IMG/VR virus record: IMGVR_UViG_3300017909_003066
Coordinates: 1 to 64,000 of that record
From: a virus
Lineage: Duplodnaviria > Caudoviricetes
Strand: one strand, 5' to 3'
DNA: 64,000 bases
The position numbers and the translations under genes were made by a program. Numbering within the stretch: the stretch's first letter is position 1; each line of letters opens with the position of its first letter. Below the pieces are notes generated by a model. The model had not been told where the DNA came from and searched no databases. It saw nothing but the letters and a program-made list of their open reading frames with translations. This document shows positions 1 through 9,631 of the stretch, in pieces.

Positions 1-696
1 ATCAGCGTCTAGGCCTTTATAACCTTTCATTTTGTTAAATGCTTCAACTTCGTTTTCGTCATAAGCATCTGCCATAATGCCTGTGTCCAATGTAGCACGT
101 ATCCATCCTTGTGCTAGATCATCGCCATTTGTTCCTTTGTACTTGTTGAATTTTTCAAACCAATCTTGTACTTCTATTTTAGCCTGTTTCATTCCACCTT
201 CGTTTGTTATATTTTCGTAGGAGTTTTCGTCATCAGTACTATATTCTCTATCTTTTTTAGGATCTCTTTCTAATGGCATAAGTTTCATTGCTTGGATTGT
301 TACTTGTTTTGCAAAATCGGCTTCTTTTTGTGTAAGTGGATTTTCTTTGTCTGGATTTTGCATTTTATCACTAATTTTCATTAGATGTTCACCAATTTCT
401 ATCGCTTCGTCATTAACGGGTTTGATGTTTGCGTAAATTTCGGAAAATAGCATACCACGTAAATTTTTATTACCAAAATACTTTACGAAAAGTGCTTTTC
501 TAACTTGTGGGTCTTTTATATCTTTGTCTTGGAAATCTCTGTCGTTTGCAATACTATATTCCATAGTGCTTGGCAACGGATCACCAAATTTTAACTCTTT
601 TACGTGTGGCATCACATCATCAAGAGTTAAGCGGGGCTTTTCTTTAGCCTCTGTGCTTATATTATCTAGTTTGTTTAAAAGTTCGCGAAAATCCAT
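1..696 (-). CDS. Hypothetical protein (3'-truncated by window edge), possible internal head protein
   Basis: Hand-translated open frame from ATG at 696 (MDFRELLNKLDNISTE...) to the window edge; AGGAG SD and TAAATA late motif (717-722) upstream; absent from the ORF track because it has no stop. Confidence 0.8.
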   Translation of the reverse strand, partial: MDFRELLNKLDNISTEAKEKPRLTLDDVMPHVKELKFGDPLPSTMEYSIANDRDFQDKDIKDPQVRKALFVKYFGNKNLRGMLFSEIYANIKPVNDEAIEIGEHLMKISDKMQNPDKENPLTQKEADFAKQVTIQAMKLMPLERDPKKDREYSTDDENSYENITNEGGMKQAKIEVQDWFEKFNKYKGTNGDDLAQGWIRATLDTGIMADAYDENEVEAFNKMKGYKGLDAD

Positions 697-736
697 AATA
701 TTGTACTCCTTACGAGTATTTATTACGAATTAGTTT

Positions 737-967
737 TTATCGCCCCTGTTTGAAAGTAATCATTTCAGGACCTTTGCAGGTAAATTCCATTCCTACCATG
801 TTTCCAACGTATACAGACCCGTCTTTAATTAGCCTTAAACGCACGGTGTTAAGAATGATATCCATATGTTTATTTTCAACATATCTGTCTAGAAATGCTT
901 CAACTGTTTTGCCATTATCTGTGCAAGTGACTTTTACCTTTTCAGGTAATATTTCTTTAAGGGCCAT
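737..967 (-). CDS. Hypothetical protein
   Basis: 76-aa ORF on the dominant coding strand. Confidence 0.65.
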   Translation of the reverse strand: MALKEILPEKVKVTCTDNGKTVEAFLDRYVENKHMDIILNTVRLRLIKDGSVYVGNMVGMEFTCKGPEMITFKQGR

Positions 968-1138
968 TAGTCGTTCCTATAAAGTTCTTGATCATAATCT
1001 TGTATTGGACCATATCTCCAATAAAGTTCATCATATGTATCAAGTACTCCGGGAATACTAACAAACATTATTTCAACTAAAATAATAATGATTAAAATTT
1101 TAATTATTTTTATTAACATACTACTAGTTATAAAGTAA

Positions 1139-1160
1139 GAAAGGCCCCGTAGGGCCTTTC
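1139..1160 (-). terminator. Intrinsic terminator, C(UACG)G tetraloop
   Basis: GAAAGGCCC-TACG-GGGCCTTTC followed by a T-rich tail, just after the 1174 stop. Confidence 0.8.
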
Positions 1161-1173
1161 GAATCCAATTGAA

Positions 1174-1434
1174 TTAGGCTACAAGTCTTTTAGCAAGTGC
1201 TTTGTAACCTGCCGCAATTACTTTACGGCTTGGTGTACCTAAACGATACTGTTGAGTAACTCTACCCTTTGTATCTTTATGTGTGTTTAGGTAAATTGGA
1301 AAACCGCTGAACCTCAACGCCTGAATTACTGCCGCAGGATTGCCAGCACCAAATCTTGAACTGATTTGTTTTGCAGTAAGTGTTTGACCATTGGTTAAAG
1401 CAGTCAGTACTTTATTTTGAATTGTGTCAGTCAT
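1174..1434 (-). CDS. Small winged-helix/HTH DNA-binding protein
   Basis: LTAKQISSRFG-NPAAVIQALR-G pattern; GGAG SD; own terminator. Confidence 0.6.
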   Translation of the reverse strand: MTDTIQNKVLTALTNGQTLTAKQISSRFGAGNPAAVIQALRFSGFPIYLNTHKDTKGRVTQQYRLGTPSRKVIAAGYKALAKRLVA

Positions 1435-1502
1435 TATATTCTCCTAAGTTGACTATTATATTTTAACAAAAATAATATGTAATGTAAAGTGTGAATTTTG
1501 CC

Positions 1503-1522
1503 AAAGTGGCCCGTAGGCCACT
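1503..1522 (-). terminator. Intrinsic terminator, C(UACG)G tetraloop
   Basis: AGTGGCC-TACG-GGCCACT-TT just after the 1535 stop. Confidence 0.7.
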
Positions 1523-1534
1523 CTGTTAAGCCAT

Positions 1535-1846
1535 TTAAGCGGCTTGATTGATTACAGTTTTGTTTGTATTTGATAACAAATCAACAATCTGTGATTTCAT
1601 TGCCATTGCACCTTGTAAACTTGATGTTCCAAGTACTCTGACTGAAAAGTCATATCCACTATCTAAAAGTTTTTTAGTAGCAGTTGTTCTTTTCATTTTT
1701 AAGTTAGCGAATTTAATTGCTCCACCGTTAACTGATCCATTTACCATGTATGAGTTAGCAGGTTCAACAAATACGCCAATTTTAGAGTTTACGTTACCTT
1801 TTGTAAACTCTCTAGTGTAAACAACATATTGTTTAGTTCTAGCCAT
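1535..1846 (-). CDS. Hypothetical basic protein
   Basis: ORF-track 1535..1900; start moved to MARTKQY (1846), which follows a GGAG SD. Confidence 0.7.
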   Translation of the reverse strand: MARTKQYVVYTREFTKGNVNSKIGVFVEPANSYMVNGSVNGGAIKFANLKMKRTTATKKLLDSGYDFSVRVLGTSSLQGAMAMKSQIVDLLSNTNKTVINQAA

Positions 1847-1970
1847 AGTATTACTCTCCGTATTATTGTGAGTTAAAAATTGTCTAATTAAATTAAACAT
1901 TATGTTTATAATACACTAGGTTGTATTAAAAAGCAAGTTGTTTTTTTACCAAAAAGAACGTTCAAAACGG

Positions 1971-1999
1971 TTGACAAGTCCAATTTCTTGTAGTATAGT
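1971..1999 (+). promoter_or_regulatory. Sigma70-type early promoter
   Basis: TTGACA-N17-TATAGT upstream of 2031. Confidence 0.8.
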
Positions 2000-2030
2000 A
2001 TATAAAGTAAGTTAGACAAGCGAGGTAAAC

Positions 2031-2714
2031 ATGCAAAATACTATTCCAACCAAACTAGCATTAAATTATGCAGTGCAGGCTCATTACAAAAATGGCAAAT
2101 ACTTAAAGAACGATCAGTATGAATATAAAAATACTGAAGAAGGCTCAACAGAAGTATGCACTGCTAAAGCAAACAAAAACATTATGAAAGAAATGTTTGA
2201 CAATGACATTTGTCCAAACACAAAGTATAATGATTATACTGACGAAGTGTTTACCCATTTTCAAGGTTTGGTTTTTAAAATGATGTCCAATACTGCAAAT
2301 GATTTTGATACAAGTGTGTACAAAATTTTGAGTAAAGAAATGGTTACTAGAAGTGAACTAGGATATCTTGCACCTTTACCAGCATTTTATGAAACACATC
2401 TTAAACGTCAAACTTTTATGGATGAGATAGTTGACAGTAAGTTTTTAGGCCGTACTGGAGAAAAGATTACAGTACGTGCAGTGCTACACGAATCACGATA
2501 TATTGCATCGAGAGATTTTACTGTATATACGTTTATTAGTGAAGGTAACTTAATCAGTCACTTTAGCAGTAAACGTTTTAATGAATGGGCAGATGTTGGT
2601 GTGTTAAATGAAGGCAACGAATACACTTTGACATTTAAAGTAAAACGCCATCAAACAAGTAAGTTTTATAATTGTAATGAAACTATGGTGAACTATTTAA
2701 AGATTACTGAATAG
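2031..2714 (+). CDS. Early hypothetical protein, possible C-terminal OB-fold
   Basis: 227-aa ORF with GAGG SD behind a consensus promoter; C-terminal beta-rich 'S-FLG--GEKI...TFKVKRH...T-VNY-K' pattern. Confidence 0.7.
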   Translation: MQNTIPTKLALNYAVQAHYKNGKYLKNDQYEYKNTEEGSTEVCTAKANKNIMKEMFDNDICPNTKYNDYTDEVFTHFQGLVFKMMSNTANDFDTSVYKILSKEMVTRSELGYLAPLPAFYETHLKRQTFMDEIVDSKFLGRTGEKITVRAVLHESRYIASRDFTVYTFISEGNLISHFSSKRFNEWADVGVLNEGNEYTLTFKVKRHQTSKFYNCNETMVNYLKITE

Positions 2715-2991
2715 TGTAACCTTCACCAGAAACTTCTATTTCATAATCTCTAGGAATGGCTTTTGCAATAGTGTTAGCCATTTCTTCTGCTGTCTTATCG
2801 TCTAGTTCTTCGTTTAAAGCAACTTCATAAACAAAATGACCTTCACTAGTTTGATATTGCTCAAAAATAACACTTTCGTTATCTTCTTGCAAATGGTTAT
2901 CTATTGTATGTGCTACTGCACCTGCAAACTTTTTGATGAAGTCTTTTTCTTGTTCTTCATTAAAAATCATTCTAACAAAATGTTTATCCAT
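2704..2991 (-). CDS. Acidic hypothetical protein
   Basis: 95-aa ORF coupled to the upstream gene (TAATG overlap). Confidence 0.7.
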   Translation of the reverse strand: MDKHFVRMIFNEEQEKDFIKKFAGAVAHTIDNHLQEDNESVIFEQYQTSEGHFVYEVALNEELDDKTAEEMANTIAKAIPRDYEIEVSGEGYTIQ

Positions 2992-3374
2992 TAGTAATTT
3001 ACCTTTATGCTATTGACTCTTCCGTTTGTGTAAGTTGCTACTGCTCTTAACCAAACAAAGTTTCCTGTGAAGTTTCCAACAAAGTCTGTATCGGTATCTG
3101 ACGATGTTGTATATGTTGTTCCTGCTACATCAAACCAGTCAGATCCCGCAGGCGAAGTGGCTAACGAAGCCTGCATTTTTATCGTGCCTGAGTAATCTGT
3201 AATACTATAATGTACAGTGTGTAATCCATCACCGCCTTTATAGTAACCGTCTCCTTTGATCTTATCTGAAGTCAATACGGTTTGTGTGCTATCTGCTTCA
3301 GGGGTTTGTGCTGTTGCAGATATTGTAGATCCATCTTGATCTATAAATTGTAAAGTATAACTATTCGCTGGCAT
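2991..3374 (-). CDS. Hypothetical beta-rich, probable virion protein
   Basis: Thr/Ser/Gly-rich 127 aa; TAAATA 5 nt before ATG. Confidence 0.65.
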   Translation of the reverse strand: MPANSYTLQFIDQDGSTISATAQTPEADSTQTVLTSDKIKGDGYYKGGDGLHTVHYSITDYSGTIKMQASLATSPAGSDWFDVAGTTYTTSSDTDTDFVGNFTGNFVWLRAVATYTNGRVNSIKVNY

Positions 3375-3382
3375 ACACTTAT

Positions 3383-3664
3383 TTATTTCAATTTGATTTT
3401 ATATGCTTGAGCCATTCTTTTCATGCTCATACCCTCAATATCGTGTATATTGCTTAATCTAATGGTGTATGTATGATCTTTACCAGCATTATCACGTTCC
3501 CAACCTTGTACTGAAGAGTCGTTGATCTTTGTCACAATTACATTTTTTGGAACTTCAATGTATCCGCCGCCGATGCCATTTGCTTTTACAGTTGCGTGAA
3601 TTCTGGTACCATCTTTAACAATGTTTCTATGTATTAGTTCTTTAAGTATTTGTGTGTCGTTCAT
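3383..3664 (-). CDS. Hypothetical protein
   Basis: 93-aa ORF in the clpA run. Confidence 0.65.
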   Translation of the reverse strand: MNDTQILKELIHRNIVKDGTRIHATVKANGIGGGYIEVPKNVIVTKINDSSVQGWERDNAGKDHTYTIRLSNIHDIEGMSMKRMAQAYKIKLK

Positions 3665-4388
3665 CTAGTTCTGCCTCCGTTATATATTCGTTTACACTTT
3701 GTACGTATGTGCCTAAGTATAATGTTAATAATAACATCATATCTTTATCTGTCGAGTAGACAAATTTGCCATCTTGATAGTAGTAGCCTTTTTTAATGCC
3801 TTGTAAAAGTTTTTCTGATGCCTTTATTTCTCCTTTATAGTTGTTAATCCACTCTCCAAAACCGTTTGCATTTTTACCACGTAATTTTATATTGATTTTA
3901 TATCTATATTTGTTATATGGTAATTTAGAACATACGACTGCGTCTGGATTGTTTGTTAGAAATTCTTCGTGTGTTTTGTTCTTAGGCCAACGTAATTCAA
4001 TAATACTGTCTTTAAATGTACTTAAGAAACTTTCATATGTTTCTTTATCTGATGTAAAGAACCCTAATTTATCTCCTTCATTACGTACTTTGCAGTGATC
4101 TGCATAATTCTCGTTGAGCCAGTTATACAGTTTGTAAAGATTAAATCTATTATTCCATACAGCCTTTGTACGGTTAGTACGCCAATCTTTTAAATCTTCA
4201 TTTTCAAATGTATAATGATAAGTTAAATTATACTTTGTACCACCCCATTCTTGTATGCTTTCTGAATTGAACAATCGATCAATATCATCTCTATTTGCAT
4301 ATCTTATGAAACTACATCCGGGAACTTTTGCAACTGCTTTAAATTTATACTTACGATAAAACAGTTTATTCGTGTGACATGCTTTCAT
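3642..4388 (-). CDS. Hypothetical protein
   Basis: 248-aa ORF overlapping the clpA stop. Confidence 0.7.
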   Translation of the reverse strand: MKACHTNKLFYRKYKFKAVAKVPGCSFIRYANRDDIDRLFNSESIQEWGGTKYNLTYHYTFENEDLKDWRTNRTKAVWNNRFNLYKLYNWLNENYADHCKVRNEGDKLGFFTSDKETYESFLSTFKDSIIELRWPKNKTHEEFLTNNPDAVVCSKLPYNKYRYKINIKLRGKNANGFGEWINNYKGEIKASEKLLQGIKKGYYYQDGKFVYSTDKDMMLLLTLYLGTYVQSVNEYITEAELDERHTNT

Positions 4389-6636
4389 TTTCTGTTTCCT
4401 TTCGGTCTGGCATGAACTCAGTTATTTCTAATTTTATTTCTTCACCCTCTAAGTCAACAGTAACTTGGCCGCCATTAACTAGTCGACCAAATAACACTTC
4501 ACGTGACATTGGCTTTTTAATCTTATCGTCAATTACACGCATAAGTGGTCTAGCACCCATTTTCTTGTTAAATCCTTTCTTAACAAGAAACTGTTTTACT
4601 TTATCAGTAAGTGTGATTAAAATACCTTTGTCAGATATTAAATCATTTACTTCTTTAATAAATTTGTCAATAATCAATAGCATTGTAGATTTTTCTAGTT
4701 TATCAAACTTAATTGTACCATCTAATCTATTTCTAAATTCAGGTGCAAAGAAGTCATTGACTGCTATATCATCTTCTCCACTACGATCTATATCTCCAAA
4801 CCCAATACCGTTTTTCTCCATTTCTCTTGCTCCTAAGTTTGAAGTCATAATCAATATTGCATTTCTGGCATCTGCTTTTTTACCATTTGATCCTGTAACA
4901 AATCCATTGTCCATTAATCCTAGTAATATATTTGCAACATCTTTATGTGCTTTTTCAATTTCATCTAAAAGCAACAAACAGTTTGGATTTTCTTGTAGTT
5001 TTGTAATTAGTTGTCCAGCATCTTCTTCATACCCAACATAACCTGGAGGCGCACCAATAAATTTTGCTACTGAATGTTTCTCTTGGAACTCACTCATATC
5101 AAAACGCACAAGTTCCACACCCATTTCTTTTGCTAATACTTTTGCAGTTTCTGTCTTACCACAACCTGTAGGACCTACAAACAAGAATGATCCAACGGGT
5201 TTGTTAAGTGATTTTAATCCTGCTTGAGCAATAAAAATTTTATCAAGTAGTTGGTCAATTGCTTCATCTTGTCCAAATACTTTTTGTTTCATTCCACCTT
5301 CTAAATCTTTTAGTGTTTCAGTTTCTTTAGCCGCAATTTGTTCTAATGGAAGATTAGTCATTTTACTTACTTCAAATACAACTTCTTCATGACTCACAAT
5401 GCCATTGGTTTGGTCTTTGACTTTAAATCTAGCACCTGCACGATCAATAATATCAATTGCTTTATCAGGAAGTTTTTTATCTGCCATATATTTTTCTGAA
5501 TATTTCACTGCATCTTCTATTGCTTTGTCAGTGATTTTTACACCGTGATGTTCTTCATAGTATTTTTTCAAACCATGTAGTATGTCAATAGTTACTTCTG
5601 GAGTAGGTTCGTCAACAGTAACACGTTGGAATCTACGCATTAATGCACGATCTTTTTCAAAATGTTTTCTGTACTCTTCCCATGTAGTAGATGCTACAAC
5701 TTTGATAGTTCCTTTACCTAAAGCAGGCTTTAACATATTTGCCATATCGTTGCTTTGACCTTGTCCTCCTGCACCAGCACCATTCATCATGTGTGCTTCA
5801 TCAATAAACAATATTGCTTTTTCTTTTTTCTCTAGTGCATGTATAACCATTTTTAATCGTTCTTCAAAGTCACCTCTGAACTTACTACCTGCCACTAATG
5901 CTCCTATATCTAAAGAATAAACTGTGCTACCTTTAATAAACTCTGGTACATTATCATTTGCAATTTCAACTGCAAGTCCTTCAGCGATAGCAGTTTTTCC
6001 TACGCCAGGATCACCAACCAACATTACGTTTGCTTTTTGTCTACGTGCAAGGATAAGCACAGTTTCTTCTATTTCATTAGCACGACCAATCACAGGATCA
6101 ATCTTGCCACGTTTTGCTTTAACGGAAAGGTTTGAACAGAACGAAGATATAATTTTTTCTAATTGTGTAGCATTGTAAGTTTCACTTGCCGCTTCACCTA
6201 CTATTTGTTCTGCTTCAATAAAGTTACTAAATTTTTCTGTGTCAATTCCATACTTACGCATTACATAAGATGCAAATGATTTCTTCTCTTTAAGCATAGA
6301 TAAAAACACATCTGTAGGTTCAATAGTAGTTCTACCATGAAACAGTGTTTGTGTAAATGCTCTATTAAGCATTCTTTCCATTGCTTGAGTCTTTTTTGGT
6401 CTGCCTTTAAAGTTTTTATCTATAATGTCTTGTAGTTTGTTTCCAATAAATTCTGTAAGTTCTTTTTTAATTGCAGTTGTATCAGCACCAAAATCTTCTA
6501 GTGTTTTACAAAATTGTTCATCACATACCATAGCCATAGCAAAGTGTTCTACAGTTACGTATTCGTGTCTTGCTGTCTGCGCCTGCGTAATAGCAGATTC
6601 AAAAATTCCTTCTAATTGTTCGTTAGGTTCTAGCAT
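4366..6636 (-). CDS. clpA: ATP-dependent Clp protease ATP-binding subunit ClpA
   Basis: Clp N-domain (HEYVTVEH), two AAA+ modules (GDPGVGKT/LFIDEAH; GPTGCGKT/LLLDEIEKAH), IGF ClpP-docking loop, no ClpB middle domain, 756 aa. Confidence 0.93.
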   Translation of the reverse strand: MLEPNEQLEGIFESAITQAQTARHEYVTVEHFAMAMVCDEQFCKTLEDFGADTTAIKKELTEFIGNKLQDIIDKNFKGRPKKTQAMERMLNRAFTQTLFHGRTTIEPTDVFLSMLKEKKSFASYVMRKYGIDTEKFSNFIEAEQIVGEAASETYNATQLEKIISSFCSNLSVKAKRGKIDPVIGRANEIEETVLILARRQKANVMLVGDPGVGKTAIAEGLAVEIANDNVPEFIKGSTVYSLDIGALVAGSKFRGDFEERLKMVIHALEKKEKAILFIDEAHMMNGAGAGGQGQSNDMANMLKPALGKGTIKVVASTTWEEYRKHFEKDRALMRRFQRVTVDEPTPEVTIDILHGLKKYYEEHHGVKITDKAIEDAVKYSEKYMADKKLPDKAIDIIDRAGARFKVKDQTNGIVSHEEVVFEVSKMTNLPLEQIAAKETETLKDLEGGMKQKVFGQDEAIDQLLDKIFIAQAGLKSLNKPVGSFLFVGPTGCGKTETAKVLAKEMGVELVRFDMSEFQEKHSVAKFIGAPPGYVGYEEDAGQLITKLQENPNCLLLLDEIEKAHKDVANILLGLMDNGFVTGSNGKKADARNAILIMTSNLGAREMEKNGIGFGDIDRSGEDDIAVNDFFAPEFRNRLDGTIKFDKLEKSTMLLIIDKFIKEVNDLISDKGILITLTDKVKQFLVKKGFNKKMGARPLMRVIDDKIKKPMSREVLFGRLVNGGQVTVDLEGEEIKLEITEFMPDRKETENESMSHE

Positions 6637-7144
6637 TTTGTAATTCCCTTTTTTTGATTTTGTCTGCTCTTTTAACAGCCATGTTCCATTTTAAACTTGA
6701 AACTCTATCTTTGTATACAATACCATTTAAATGATCACATTCGTGTAGATAACATCTAGCATCATAACCTTCAATTCTACCTACTTGTTTTTCGCCATTC
6801 TCATCTAAAAATTCTGCAACAATCCAACTAGGTCTGTTTATTTTTACAAATATACCTGGGAAACTTAAACATCCTTCCCAATCAAGTAACATATCTGGAC
6901 TTGCTTCTAACACCACAGGATTTATAAAGATCTGTGCTTTGTCTTTGTATTGACTACTACCCATTGTAAATGCGGCCGTTCTAATGTCAACTTGCGGTGC
7001 ACTTAAACCAACACCATTACCAGCAAACATTGAATCCAGCATTTCTTCTTTTAGTTCTTTAGGATCTTTGATTGGTTTTTCAAAATCAAATCTAGGCATT
7101 TGTTCGTCTAAAATTTTTGCTGGGTATTTTACAATTTCTAACAT
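6623..7144 (-). CDS. def: Peptide deformylase
   Basis: GVGLSAPQV, EGCLS and HECDH motifs. Confidence 0.96.
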   Translation of the reverse strand: MLEIVKYPAKILDEQMPRFDFEKPIKDPKELKEEMLDSMFAGNGVGLSAPQVDIRTAAFTMGSSQYKDKAQIFINPVVLEASPDMLLDWEGCLSFPGIFVKINRPSWIVAEFLDENGEKQVGRIEGYDARCYLHECDHLNGIVYKDRVSSLKWNMAVKRADKIKKRELQNART

Positions 7145-7153
7145 AATATATAC

Positions 7154-8014
7154 TTATACATCCTTTCTAGTGTTTGTCAAGATTCTTGCTCGTTCAATTA
7201 GGTCTTTATGATGCTCATTTATTCCTTTAGGTACAGTGCCTAAAATAGTTACAAATAGTGTTCCAATACCAGGAGCATTAAGTATTGGCATACCATGTTC
7301 AGCAACTCTCATTACTGTTCCTGGTTGTGTACCTGCTGGTATGGTTAACATAAAATCTTTGTCGAAATGTTTTATTTTAATCTTAGTTCCTAGTATAAGG
7401 TCATATACAGAAATTGTCAAGTCCTTATACAGGTCGCAACCTTCTCTTTTGAAATTATTATCTTTTTGGACTCTAATAGTAACAGTCATATCACCAGGTT
7501 GTATATGCTTTAGGCTATCATCACCCATGCCTTGTAATCTAATCTGTTGTCCATGATCAATACCCCTTGGTATCTTAGTGTTTATTGTTTTTTTAGTGCC
7601 ACTAGGCAAAGGTATTTCTAGGAATATTTGTTTACCAAAGTATGCTTCTTCTAATGTAATTTCATAGTTTATGTTTAAATTTTTATTACGTGGTTGACGC
7701 CTTTGTCTACGTTGGCCAAAGACCTCTCCAAATGGACTTGCTTCTTGTCCAAACATTTGTGAAAATATATCTTGGAAGTCTCCAAAACCTTGTTGACTAA
7801 AACCTGTTTGTTGTGGATCTACTGTGCCATATTGATCGTACATAGCACGTTTTTCTTGATCATGCAATACTTGATATGCTTCATTTATTTCTTGAAACGT
7901 TTTGGAGTCACCACCTTTGTCGGGATGATGTGTAGCCGCTAACTTACGAAAAGCAGTTTTTATTTCTTTTGGTGATGCCGTGCGAGATACGCCTAGTCTA
8001 TCGTAGTAGTCCAT
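7154..8014 (-). CDS. dnaJ: DnaJ-class co-chaperone (class B/CbpA-like, no Zn finger)
   Basis: J-domain with HPD, G/F region, DnaJ C-terminal domain. Confidence 0.93.
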   Translation of the reverse strand: MDYYDRLGVSRTASPKEIKTAFRKLAATHHPDKGGDSKTFQEINEAYQVLHDQEKRAMYDQYGTVDPQQTGFSQQGFGDFQDIFSQMFGQEASPFGEVFGQRRQRRQPRNKNLNINYEITLEEAYFGKQIFLEIPLPSGTKKTINTKIPRGIDHGQQIRLQGMGDDSLKHIQPGDMTVTIRVQKDNNFKREGCDLYKDLTISVYDLILGTKIKIKHFDKDFMLTIPAGTQPGTVMRVAEHGMPILNAPGIGTLFVTILGTVPKGINEHHKDLIERARILTNTRKDV

Positions 8015-8020
8015 ATATAT

Positions 8021-8049
8021 AATATAAGCGGTATTCGCCGAATTGTCAA
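8021..8049 (-). promoter_or_regulatory. Sigma70-type promoter for dnaJ-def-clpA (leaderless)
   Basis: TTGACA-N17-TATATT, 6 nt before the dnaJ ATG. Confidence 0.8.
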
Positions 8050-8052
8050 GTG

Positions 8053-8349
8053 TTATTTGCTATCTTTTTTGCTCGTTCCAGCATATAAACCAAACCAAGC
8101 CGCACCTGCACCAACAACAACCGAAACAAGTCCTGATTGTTCCATTGTAGGACTTGCTAGTTCCATATACCATACTACCACTTTATATAATAGATAGATG
8201 TAAGTGGTGATAAAAACTCTTGGAAAAATTCTCCAAGCATCTACGGCTTTTGCTAAATGGATTAGCCACTGGAAAGGATTTTGTGAACTATCAGTTGTAG
8301 CAGTATCAACTTCTAAATCAATTTGTACTGTTTTCTTTACGTCTGCCAT
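8053..8349 (-). CDS. Two-TM membrane protein, holin candidate
   Basis: Two hydrophobic helices, basic C-terminus, at the end of the lysis cluster. Confidence 0.5.
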   Translation of the reverse strand: MADVKKTVQIDLEVDTATTDSSQNPFQWLIHLAKAVDAWRIFPRVFITTYIYLLYKVVVWYMELASPTMEQSGLVSVVVGAGAAWFGLYAGTSKKDSK

Positions 8350-8630
8350 TATTTTTTACCCTCTAATTTTTTAATACGAGATTCTAACTCGTCTATCTTT
8401 TTTGTCACATAAGGATACTTTTTCCTCCATGCGTCCTCGTCTTGTTTGAACCAAGTCCAACCCCATCGCTCAACTAAAAAGTCTAGGATTGCATCAAATT
8501 TGGCATATAACCAAAGACCGATTCTTGTACTTTTGAAGTAGGTAGAAAATGCTAGACCAAACAGCGAGCCTAGTATGGCTGTGTATATCCATAGTCTATC
8601 AGATGCTAATCTTTCAATCATTTCCCACAT
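8349..8630 (-). CDS. Single-TM membrane protein (lysis-cluster associated)
   Basis: N-terminal TM helix, C-terminal coiled coil; TAAATA upstream. Confidence 0.55.
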   Translation of the reverse strand: MWEMIERLASDRLWIYTAILGSLFGLAFSTYFKSTRIGLWLYAKFDAILDFLVERWGWTWFKQDEDAWRKKYPYVTKKIDELESRIKKLEGKK

Positions 8631-8644
8631 AGTATACGTATTTA

Positions 8645-8830
8645 TTAGAATGAGCAGGAAACTTCAGAGCCAGCAGTAACTGATTCTCTTACTGTTTCTA
8701 GTATATCTTTATTGGATTCTTCGTCTAAACCTTCTATTTGTACTTTTGCAGTAGGTTTTACATCGCATTTATATGGCGTACAAGACACCAATAGGCATAC
8801 AATGGGTATAATATATATGATTTTGTACAA
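8645..8830 (-). CDS. Small putative lipoprotein
   Basis: Signal peptide with LVSC lipobox. Confidence 0.55.
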   Translation of the reverse strand: MYKIIYIIPIVCLLVSCTPYKCDVKPTAKVQIEGLDEESNKDILETVRESVTAGSEVSCSF

Positions 8831-8832
8831 GA

Positions 8833-9216
8833 TTATTTAGAAGATTTTTCTTCTTTGCTTTCGTAGTATTTGCGGTACTGATCTAATGTTGCACCTTGTT
8901 TAATCATGTAAGCACGAATTTGTGCAAAATTCTTAGATAGTAATTGATAATCATCATCACTTAAACCAAACAGCACAGGATCTTTGCCACTTTCTTTTAA
9001 TTTAGCAAATACTTCTTCTGCATTTTCACTGGTAATGATAACCCACTTGATATCCTCTAATTTTGGAGTCTCCGGATTAGGGAGATTCAATGGTGCTCTT
9101 TCAACCTCTGTTTTGAAAACATCTAACTGACGTACAGTACTACAACTAGTAAGGGACGTAGTTAGGATTAGCAATACTAGGACACTCAGAATTGATTTCA
9201 GATTTCTTAGTTGCAT
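8833..9216 (-). CDS. o-spanin-like lipoprotein
   Basis: Lipobox (LTSC), Pro-rich segment, overlaps the 3' end of the i-spanin candidate. Confidence 0.65.
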   Translation of the reverse strand: MQLRNLKSILSVLVLLILTTSLTSCSTVRQLDVFKTEVERAPLNLPNPETPKLEDIKWVIITSENAEEVFAKLKESGKDPVLFGLSDDDYQLLSKNFAQIRAYMIKQGATLDQYRKYYESKEEKSSK

Positions 9217-9631
9217 TGATCTCTTTCTCCGTTAGTGGACTACCCATAGCAATTTCTACACACCTCATTGCTTTTTTGGTAGCGGCATTAACAACACGTT
9301 CAACTGATTTACTTCTTTCTTCTGCAAGTTTACCAATATCACGCACTTCGCCTTTGCCATTTATTTTATTAAAGCGTTCATCTAATGCTTTAAATTCTTT
9401 TGCCAAAACTGCATTCTTTTCTTGCAGTTCTTTATTTGCTGTCAAAATTGCAGTAAAATCTTTTTTCTGCTGTTCAATTACTGCTTTTTGTTCGTTAACA
9501 CTTTCTTCTAGTTTTGCCTGATTAGCCTTAGCAACTTCTAAATCTGCTTTTAGAGTTTTTACATACATAAAACCTCCGCCTGCACCTGCTAACATTATTA
9601 CTACCATTGCAATTTTAATAGAACTAAACAT
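9146..9631 (-). CDS. i-spanin-like protein
   Basis: N-terminal TM, long coiled coil, C-terminal Cys pair, downstream of the endolysin. Confidence 0.65.
   Translation of the reverse strand: MFSSIKIAMVVIMLAGAGGGFMYVKTLKADLEVAKANQAKLEESVNEQKAVIEQQKKDFTAILTANKELQEKNAVLAKEFKALDERFNKINGKGEVRDIGKLAEERSKSVERVVNAATKKAMRCVEIAMGSPLTEKEINATKKSEINSECPSIANPNYVPY

Noticed and set aside
968-1130. Possible small membrane ORF or origin in an AT-rich gap
   Set aside because: A short hydrophobic - strand frame may exist, but I could not support it or find iterons.
4379-7556. Long + strand ORFs opposite clpA/def/dnaJ (e.g. 4379..5041, 7236..7556)
   Set aside because: Antisense shadows of well-supported genes, with no motifs or SD.
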